Source: Geosiphon pyriformis uo1
Taxonomy: Eukaryota > Fungi > Glomeromycota
DNA length: 64,000 nucleotides
Assembly: GCA_016748015.1 (NCBI GenBank)
Contig: JAAOMT010000176.1
Span: 169,238 to 233,237 of the forward strand
Reading direction: 5' to 3'
Shown: piece after piece, positions 55,327 to 64,000 of the stretch
Numbering within the stretch: position 1 is the first letter of the stretch
Layout: every line of letters begins with the position of its first letter
Notes under the pieces: model-generated
Told to the model about the DNA's origin: nothing
The model's input: the letters and a program-made list of their open reading frames with translations, nothing else
Database searches by the model: none
Position numbers and translations under genes: made by a program

Positions 55327-56870
55327 TCAAAATTGCCCGGCCTTTCCACTTCCCAAAATTAGTTCCTCAACCAACTCTTCGTCTTCTAACTCCTCCCAAG
55401 AATTATCCTCACTCAATTTGAGTGCGGTCAGCCTTTCACGAGCCAAGGATGGCTCGGGTAAGATGTGGGGTGCCATCTCCAAGGAAAAAGCGAGATCTTT
55501 GGGGGTGATTGTACGCTGTTTGTTGGTTCTACTGGAGTCAACACGAGTTGAAGCCATGTTGATTCCAAGGGAGCCACCAGTTCTTGTCTTTTGTAGACAA
55601 TTACCCACCACGTTCTTCAGGTGCGACTAGCATAAGAGAAGAAAATTTATAATTTGCAATTTATGTTTGGAGATCTACGCTTTTGTGGTTTTATTACCTC
55701 CAAAGCACAACTCAAAAGTTTCACGCAATCATCCGAAATTGTCGTGCTAAGACGATTTCGGACTGCTACTTCTTGTAATCGGGCCATCATGTTCAGGTGG
55801 CTTGGGAGAGATTTAATTTCCACTGAGCGCAGTGAACCGCTAACAGGGGCTATTATTCAAATAGGAAGTTAAATTTAAATCAAGCATGAAAAATCCCAAT
55901 TGCCAAGAAAATCATAATCTGCTTTCGTTAAAACAAATCTACCCAAAATTGGTTCCAGACCAGGAAGTTTGAAAGAAGGAAGACCGCCAACCGGCATCGG
56001 AGGAGGCAAAGGAGCCTGCAAGGGGTCACGAAGGGTAGTGAATGCCGAAAATTGTGGTTGTTCACGCCCCTGTATTAGAAAAGCAAATTATGGTACTACT
56101 CGGTGAAAATAACCAGGTACAAACTTTTAGCATAATTCCTGTTTACCTGTCCAATTGCCTTGAGTCTTTCTCTTTCAGACTTATCTAGCGACATAATTAG
56201 CTGCTTTGTCTTTCGCTTTTTGACATCCCGGTGGTCAGCTCCACCGGAGCCATTCTCATCGGAAAGGCTATGTTTTCTTTTGTTGCTTTCTGCTTCTTCC
56301 ATTCCATGGACTTTCGGTGGTGGGTCGGGATGCTGGGCGTTGTAAATGATTCCAAGGATAAATTCATTATGAAGGTCGACTAATAAACTCATCAAGATAG
56401 AAGTCAAAAGACAAACCATTGCACATTTAAAGCTTGTATTTTTGTATCACATCGCGATTAGTTATAATATCTAAGTCGATTTACATACAACATTTTCCAA
56501 CGATTAAAAAAGGTCGCACTGCCTTCTCAAAAACGTGCTGGGTACACTCTCCAACAAAAAACTTTTTAAGGGCGATCCAATATTCCTCCTTATTGCTGCC
56601 TAACGCGACATTCAATAGTTCTTTAGTCTTTAGAATGTCGACTCGTTCAGGTTTGGCAACGAGGGTAAGCTCTGCGCGCACTGCTGCATTCGAGTTTGTA
56701 GTGTTCGCTATCAAAAAGGCGCGATCCGTAGACGTTGTAGAGGTGACAGGGGAAAGACGTCCTCCGTTCGTATTAGTGCTTTCGGCTTGAGAGCTAGGAA
56801 TAGTATTGTTTCTGTTTGGGGTAGTTGCTGTAGAGCCGCGGGAAGGTTGTCTGTTATTCGTGATCTGCAT
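55327..56870 (-). CDS. ADA1: SAGA complex subunit Ada1/Hfi1/Tada1; exons 56870-56489, 56379-56147, 56069-55943, 55849-55698, 55626-55327
   Basis: RVDILKTKELLNVALG..YWIALKKFFVG..DLHNEFILGIIYNA N-terminal motif; histone-fold region ISDDCVKLLSCALESHLKNVV..ITPKDLAFSLEMAPH; in-frame GT-AG introns. Confidence 0.85.
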
Positions 56871-57279
56871 CTTGAAAGTGTTAGCTTTGAGTGTGTGGTG
56901 GTTTCGAGTGTAGTATTCGCTCGAAAGAACATCTGCCAAAAAATGAATCGACTATTTATTTTGAATGCTCAATTGTCACGTGATAAATTTGCATCTGGGT
57001 TATGGATCCAGTTGAGGCTAAAAAGAGGGGACTACTACGCAAGAGGGTATTAAAAGGGGCGCCGTCGTCTTAAAAGAAGTCTTTATATATTTCCCTTGTT
57101 TCTTCGTCTCACTCTTCTTTTTCTTTCCCTTCTTCGCCGTTGCTGTCTCCTTTGCCGCCGCCGTCATCACCGCTGTTCTCGCTATCACCTTTGATTTGGA
57201 ATTAAGAAAGGTTAGTATTAACTTTTTGTCTCTCCGTCTCACATTCTTATTTCTTCCCCTCGTTTGCCGCTGCCTTCGT

Positions 57280-57901
57280 ATGGCAAAACTAAAGAGTGGA
57301 AGTTTGCCTGGATATACGGAGACGCAAAGATAACTCCGCGAAACTCAAGGGGGTGGCTCTGTTCACGCAATCTTTATTGATCTCGGCGTCTGTAAACCTT
57401 TTACATAGTACTCTCCCATTCTATAGTTTGCATTTGCAAGTACTTGGACGATTTCATCTTCCCTTTTCAAAACGTAAGAATAAATGGCCGGGTGAATCGA
57501 CAAGGTGATTTTTCGGATGCGGTAAAAAGCTATACATCTGCAAAATGAAATTCATCGGAAATTAGTTGGATTCTTTATCCGCCATTGTCATTCCTCCTTT
57601 TAAAGTGTCGGACATGGTGAATCGCAAAACAAGAAAAATTATAAAAGAAACTGTTCCGAAAATGCTTTTTTGGGCGCATTATCACTTTCGACAATGTCTG
57701 ATCAGCGAGGCTGAGGAATTAGAAGTCCGTGTTATTATCCAGAACGAGGCTTAGACATCCAAGACTTGGAGTCAATGTTGGCAACATCCAAAGAATCAGA
57801 GGTCTGAAGTGTACTACTGTCAGAATTGTGGGTTTGTGATAGAATGGCGCTCAGGAGACTATCCTCTCCAGGCATTGCTTGCTAGATCCCTGGTCCTATA
57901 G
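57280..57901 (+). pseudogene. Fanzor/TnpB-like RuvC nuclease relic (probably IS607-TnpB-related Fanzor2 type)
   Basis: RuvC-I VHAIFIDLGV (D at 57379); LQNEIHRK; IVIPPFKVSDMV..ML.WAHYHFRQCL; IIQNEA*TSKT(W)SQC...CQNCG zinc finger; NGA..LQALL* tail. Stops, frameshifts and deletions present. Confidence 0.85.
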
Positions 57902-58647
57902 TGATCATGGAATGCTTAATATTGCCTATTATTGATGTGTTACAATCCATCCGAAATTTGTATATTTTGTCAGGTGCTGTTTGTTTTGTCATGTTTGTGT
58001 TTGACTCGGAAGAAAAAAAAAATTACCACAACTTTATGTTTTGAAACTTGGTATTTTCCTTGGTCAAAAAGTCTTAATTATTCCCTCTGATTTTATCAAT
58101 ATCCTGAAGCCAACATAAAATGGGATCTCTTTCTCTTGGGAGTTTTAATAAACTCGTTGGTTTTTCTTTTATTAGAATGATTTTTTACAAAATCTTATTT
58201 ACTCGGACCATCATCGACCTGCGAAATTAATGTGACTTCTTGGCTGTTGCCCTATTATGACACGAATTACTTTCTAAACTTTGTAGTTAAAATTCAGTGG
58301 GAACCAATGTGTTTCCTATGGGTTGTAAATTCAACTCTTGTTATAGCTCTTATTATTAATATTTGAAATATTACTCAAACTATAAAGTTTGAATAAGAGA
58401 CTCTTTGGATGGGAAAGCCGAGAACAAAGAGACTTCATTACTGTCATTTTGTATCTCTCATGTTTCCCTTGGTTCAGAATGAAAGAGAAAAAACCTATTT
58501 ACATGAAATGAGATTAAAAAAAAATTAGGAATAAAGGACAAAATCTATTGACCGGCGGACATTTTGATCACCGAGACACACTTCAACGTCTTTTTCTCCC
58601 CCCTTTGGTTTTTGTAACATTAATTACCAAATTAAAATTGCTGTCCC

Positions 58648-58836
58648 TCAATTCTTCTTTCGCCGCTTGTGCTCCATTGCGTGATCCATCGAAGACGAAA
58701 TGTCCGGTGGATCAGGCAATGGTGGCGGGCGTGTCTGAGACGTGGCTGAATTGCCAACGACATCATTGTCCGTGTTTACGAAAGAGGAATTGGAAGGTGG
58801 TGGCGGTGGTGACGATGAGGATGGCCGTTGTTGTCG

Positions 58837-58879
<43 letters not shown>

Positions 58880-60936
58880 GATGATGAGATCGATGGTTGA
58901 GATTGAATGGGGGAATTCATTAATGGGGAGGTGTTTTCCTTGTACCTATTGCTATCGTTGGGCGGATTTAATAGATTACTTTGTGTTCCGAAGGTTAACG
59001 AGGAAGATATCGAGGGTCTTCGATGGCTGTTGATTGGCAATGATGCCGAATGATGATGTGAATATTGGTTGGAGGACTGGTTAGATGGTGGCATTGATGA
59101 TGTTCGATAAGATCCTGGTGATCGACGAGAACCGTTGTTTGAATTACTATTTCCGTTCCCCCCGTGAACACCAGTACTAACCCCATTCCCAGTTTGAGCT
59201 CCAGAGTCCGGAGAACGAACTCGAAGATAATTAGTGGTAGGAGTGTAATAAGGGGGAAAGCCAAATTCTGGAAGTACAGCCAGAGGACTAGAAGATTGAA
59301 TTTTCGAAGATCGAGGATTGGTGTTTATTGGTGGGGGACGATAAGCAGAATCTGTACAATGATGCAAGTTATTCGTATTTTCCACACCGACCATAGGAGC
59401 CGTGCTTGATTGAGACCTTGACCCCTGATGGGTGTTGTGCTCCCTTCCATAATGGCCGCTCTGATGTTGGTTTGAGTGAATATGGAATTGCGGTAGCGGC
59501 ATCGTTTCATTATGTCCAAGCTTTGCTACCTCGGCCTGCAATAGATCCACTAATTTAGAGTAATAATTAATTGGATGATTTTAGTAAACTAGAATTCCCG
59601 AGGTAATTATACAAAAATTCCTCAAAAATACCATCAAATTTCCGCTTTCTTAAACTACGCGGATCTGTAGCCTCTTCTGGTAATACAAGAGAAGTGTGGC
59701 ACGAAAAAAGATTAATTTTATAAATTGCTTCACGAAAATACGAGATCCAGAATGCATCATCGTAGGTTGATTCAAGGATAATAGATCAGAGAAATTTCTA
59801 GTTTTTCAAAATGTCGAATATGACACGTAAATAATCAGAAACCTTACCATCACGACACATTGAGGAAAGAAGATTAGTAATGTTGGTGATCACCTGGAGA
59901 ATAAATAGTCATCAAAGGGCCATATTGATGATTTTTTAGATGAAGAAAATGAGACTAAAAGTATTAAAATCAAAAATTTGCGAAAATATAAATGAAACCT
60001 TTGTTACAAGTGTCGAATAACTCGAACCTGGGTGTGTTTAGTTTGTAACATTCGACAAGAGACCGTTTCCGCGTATAAAAGATTATAATTCTCGTGCATC
60101 TGTCTCATCTTATCCATCACGTCAGCCATCTGAGTTGATAATCGCTCGATTCGATCATCTCGCATGACATCGGCGGGATTGGTATCACCGGGACTAAGAC
60201 TTGACGTAGATCCAGGAATACCGGTTTTTAACATATGATGTGTTTGTGATTGTTGCTTTGCGCTCTTACGTTTGATGTTTTGCAAAGATGCCAATTGTCC
60301 TCGCCGAAAGTCGGGATGCTTGAATTCCCAGGCTTGACTCTCACTTGATGGATTTGCATGAAACATATCATTAACTGAAAATAATTTGCCAGAATTATTG
60401 GCCAAGAGATTAACTGTTATTATAAAATAATTAATTTCAAAATTTATTTTTTGCTTTGAATAAAGAGATTATTGAGTTGTGTAAATACCTTTGTGGAATC
60501 CATACACTATGAACGATCAGGATAGAACAATGGAGCATAGACGAGGATCATCAAGAAATAAGAAAAGGAAGAGGATGAAGGTTAGGATTTGTTTATAAAT
60601 CATGATTGAAATCAATAAAAAGCAGTAACGAATGGGTAGATGGATCTAACAGACACCGATTAAAACATTGGCTGATGAAAGCATGTAGTAGTATACTAAT
60701 GATCAACGATAAACTGGGAGGGGGTGAAGATACTAACTGTTCAATTGTCGTACAAAACTCTGCCAATTATTGTGCTTGAAATATTGTGGCAGCACGGTTT
60801 TGGAAAATTCAGTCGGATTCGATACGCTGAACACGTCACCCGATGGTGCCCATGAAATCAAATGTTGAATCGATTGATCTTCGACCATCCTATTAAAATA
60901 GCAAGGATTGATTCAGAAGGATATACATTTTGTTGA

Positions 60937-60972
<36 letters not shown>

Positions 60973-60973
60973 A

Positions 60974-61007
<34 letters not shown>

Positions 61008-61571
61008 GGTGGTGAAAGGAAAAGATGAGCTTGAAATATGATGGGCCAAAGAATTTAATTGAGAATATGACGCGTTTCTCAAATAATATTAAAAAGATAT
61101 TGGTGACACACAATATTTAATTTTTCACGAATAACTTTTTATTGGTCAGTTCCAATAGCACACGACACACGTGAAAGGAAAATCGTAAAACCGGGGATAA
61201 TATTTTTCTTACGTGTATAGTTTATTAACAAACGCGGCTTGGGTTTTATGATTGGTGGTCCCAGTTGGGGTTGTAGGGCTGGTAAGTTGATTATTTAAAG
61301 AAAAACTTGCCATGGTTGTGGTCGAAGGAGAAATGTTTGGAGTGGTAGAGGGAGGGGTTTGATCGGTATAATTCACAGGGAAGACTGAAGAAGCGGATGT
61401 AGGAGTAGGATTAGTAGTAGTAGTAGTAGTAGTAACTATCGTAGTATTGGTATTTATGAGGAAAGGTGGACCACCAGGAGGTTCAGACTTTGGGGCTAGG
61501 AATTCACTAGCGTCCAAGTTTCTCCCAAAGTTTTCGTCGTTCAGTTTGAAAACGCTGTTACTGTCCTCCAT
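58648..61571 (-). CDS. Heat shock factor (HSF)-family transcription factor; exons 61571-61213, 60889-60738, 60506-60489, 60374-60028, 59893-59848, 59676-59632, 59549-58648
   Basis: HSF DNA-binding domain [64 protein letters not shown], then a coiled coil and S/Q/P-rich tail; no receiver domain; includes an 18-nt micro-exon. Confidence 0.93.
58826..58878. repeat. (TTG)n = coding (CAA)n polyglutamine tract in HSF
   Basis: Visible repeat translating to a Q-run. Confidence 0.9.
60937..61014. repeat. Compound (TGA)n(TGG)n microsatellite in HSF intron 1
   Basis: Directly visible. Confidence 0.92.
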
Positions 61572-61969
61572 GATATTATATTGATATACACAATTTGTTT
61601 CTAGCGTGTGAAGCTACTTTTTTTAGGACTATGAGAACCCGAACGAGGGGGCACGTAGTAATAAATTGGGAATAGTAATAGTAATAAGTTGGAAATGGTA
61701 GAAGTTGTGGCAGTGACCGAGAGATATTATAGTAAACTCTAGAAAGATAATCTATATATTGTCTGTTGAGGCGATTCGTCTTCTGGACTATTCAAGTACC
61801 AGATAATATTGGCATTTTTTTTTTGGAAAGGTCTAGTTCAAGATGAAGTGGCAAAGTGAAGCATGTGATTATATAGAATCAAAAGTTTTTTTTTTTTTTT
61901 TTTTTTTTTTACCAACTCCTGTACTAAACTAGGTATTATTGCTTGGCCTCTAAGTTTTGAGAAATGTTA

Positions 61970-61973
<4 letters not shown>

Positions 61974-62049
<76 letters not shown>

Positions 62050-62060
62050 TTATTATTATT
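61974..62060. repeat. (TTA)n microsatellite upstream of HSF
   Basis: Directly visible. Confidence 0.95.
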
Positions 62061-62764
62061 GTTTGAAAATGGCAAGTTACACGTCAAAATTTTCTTTTAT
62101 AAGGGTCGCGAGTTCCTATGGTAATAGTAATTAGTAATATTAATGGTTATAAGAGCGGTGAGGCGGGAGCGTGAGTAAATGATAATGCAAAAAAGTTGAT
62201 ATAGAAAAGACCTTTTTTTATTACTAGTAAAACAAGTAGTTATAGATAAGTTTTAACAAACTTACAAGTTTTTTTTAATCATTCTTTTTATAAAATAGAT
62301 GATTAATCAGACAAAAGTTTTTTCAGTGGTTAATTTCTCCGTAGACCATCAATAGGGTCGAGAGTTGGCCAGACTTTTTGATTAATTTTAATTATGTATG
62401 AAGAAGTAAAGATATCAATCTGTGATTAGTGAATGACGAAAATATTATTCACTTTCTCGCGAGATGGGAATTTTTTTTTTTTTGGAAAATCGCGATCTTT
62501 TTTCTTTTAGTGATTAAAGGAATCTCGTAGTGCCAGCAGAAAAAGATTTTTGATGTTGAGAGAGGATGAGAATGACAAGAGAGAGAGAGGGATAAGTTTT
62601 AATTTGTGAAATCAGTGATTTGTTGTTTGTGATCACGTCTCGGCCAAAGTATGATCTAGATGAGGGTTTTCAAAAGACTGGTTTTTGGGAGATTTTTTTT
62701 TTTGGGTTTGGCATGTTATATGTTTTGAATCTAGGTTTTATCCGGGCTGTTGCACTAGAAATTC

Positions 62765-62791
62765 TATTATTATTATTATTATTATTATTAG

Positions 62792-62838
<47 letters not shown>
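62765..62838. repeat. (TAT)n microsatellite
   Basis: Directly visible. Confidence 0.95.
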
Positions 62839-62840
<2 letters not shown>

Positions 62841-63471
62841 ATACTAATATTACTAATCGAGGAATCTAAAAAAAAAAATGATATCTTGTTATTAAAATTT
62901 TGTATATACGCGTTTACATATGGAAAATTGGACGAAGATTTAGGTAAAACTATTTTAACTTTGGGAGAAAACTCGGGAAAAACTCAAAAACTACCAAAAG
63001 AAAACATTTAGTTCGCCAGAATGTTGTGGGCGTTAAAAAAGAGAAAATAAGAATGATCTAAATATCTATAATTACCCCATATCATGAGAATTGTGACAAA
63101 AGTAAAAAAAGTCTTCTATGAAACTGAGAAATGATCGATCAATTAATTATTATTATTATTATTATTATTATTAATTTTAGTGAAAATTGATGCTGTTATG
63201 ATAAAAATTAAAGGTACTCTACATGAAACTTCTGATTTTATATACACTATCAAATTTTATTATCATTGATAATGTTCATTTATCAGCAAGGGGGAACGCG
63301 ACAGTAGAAATGAATTGTACAAAATTCTTTTCAATGATTTTCCTCGTCGATATTCACTTTGTATGATTTACTTCTTTGAAACACTTCAAGAAATAATGAT
63401 AAAGGTTCATAATAATTTCACAAATCTCTTACAATTATCGCTTTAACCCTCACTCACTCAATGAATAGTTA

Positions 63472-63501
63472 ATCGTCATCATTATCATCATTATCATCAT
63501 T

Positions 63502-63533
<32 letters not shown>

Positions 63534-63550
63534 TATTATTATCATTATTA

Positions 63551-63587
<37 letters not shown>

Positions 63588-63597
63588 CATCATCATC
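63472..63597. repeat. Compound (TCA)n/(TTA)n microsatellite
   Basis: Directly visible. Confidence 0.92.
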
Positions 63598-63848
63598 CAA
63601 TAAACCAATATCGCGCGGCGCGTTTTTAAAAAAAGGCTCAAAATTTAAAAAAAGACGCGCCCATCGTTCTGACCATCGCGACAAAAGTCAAGTGACTTGA
63701 TTCCGACTCTATGGATCAAAATTTAATTTAAGAAAATATTTACCTAAAAATTATTTACTCGTGTTTGTATGAACTTTGCCCGCCAAGATCAAAGAATGCA
63801 GATTTAGGTAGGATAGAGAATTTGGCGGGTAAGTTTTTTATATTTTTT

Positions 63849-64000
63849 TGTGGCTAAAATTCAATGATATGTTTATGTTTGGGTGTGGCTAAAATTCAAT
63901 GATATGTTTATGTTTGGGTGTGGCTAAAATTCAATGATATGTTTATGTTTGGGTGTGGCTAAAATTCAATGATATGTTTATGTTTGGGTGTGGCTAAAAT
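63849..64000. repeat. Perfect 35-bp tandem repeat (TGGCTAAAATTCAATGATATGTTTATGTTTGGGTG), >4 copies, runs off the window
   Basis: Units start at 63851, 63886, 63921, 63956 and 63991. Confidence 0.95.

Noticed and set aside
60858-63684. Poly-I/H/L/M/N/D ORFs
   Set aside because: Translations of trinucleotide microsatellites
63849-64000. CRISPR-like 35-bp repeat
   Set aside because: Units are directly adjacent with no spacers, no cas genes, eukaryotic context

Overview
Intron-rich fungal DNA, most likely Glomeromycota (inferred from gene style, a minor-spliceosome intron, and repeat proteins I associate with Geosiphon-type genomes). Two gene-rich arms flank a ~39 kb very AT-rich transposon graveyard (~15.5-54.8 kb). 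The left arm holds a DOCK-family GEF, an Sds3/BRMS1-like gene missed by the ORF track (with an AT-AC U12-type intron), cytosolic LeuRS and HSBP1. The graveyard holds a zinc-knuckle ORF1-like relic, a hAT relic, a LINE (RT-RNaseH-CCHC) relic and three related Ty3/Gypsy LTR elements, one nested in another. Their layout is unusual: gag-PR-Cys-rich insert-dUTPase-RT-RH-IN-extra ORF, with 4-bp ACAT/ATGT target sites. All are eroded by C>T/G>A transitions that are not limited to CpG and seem to spare ApC (RIP-like). The right arm holds SAGA Ada1, a decayed Fanzor/TnpB-type RNA-guided nuclease gene, an HSF transcription factor, microsatellites and a 35-bp tandem array. Exon boundaries were read by eye from splice signals and frame continuity.
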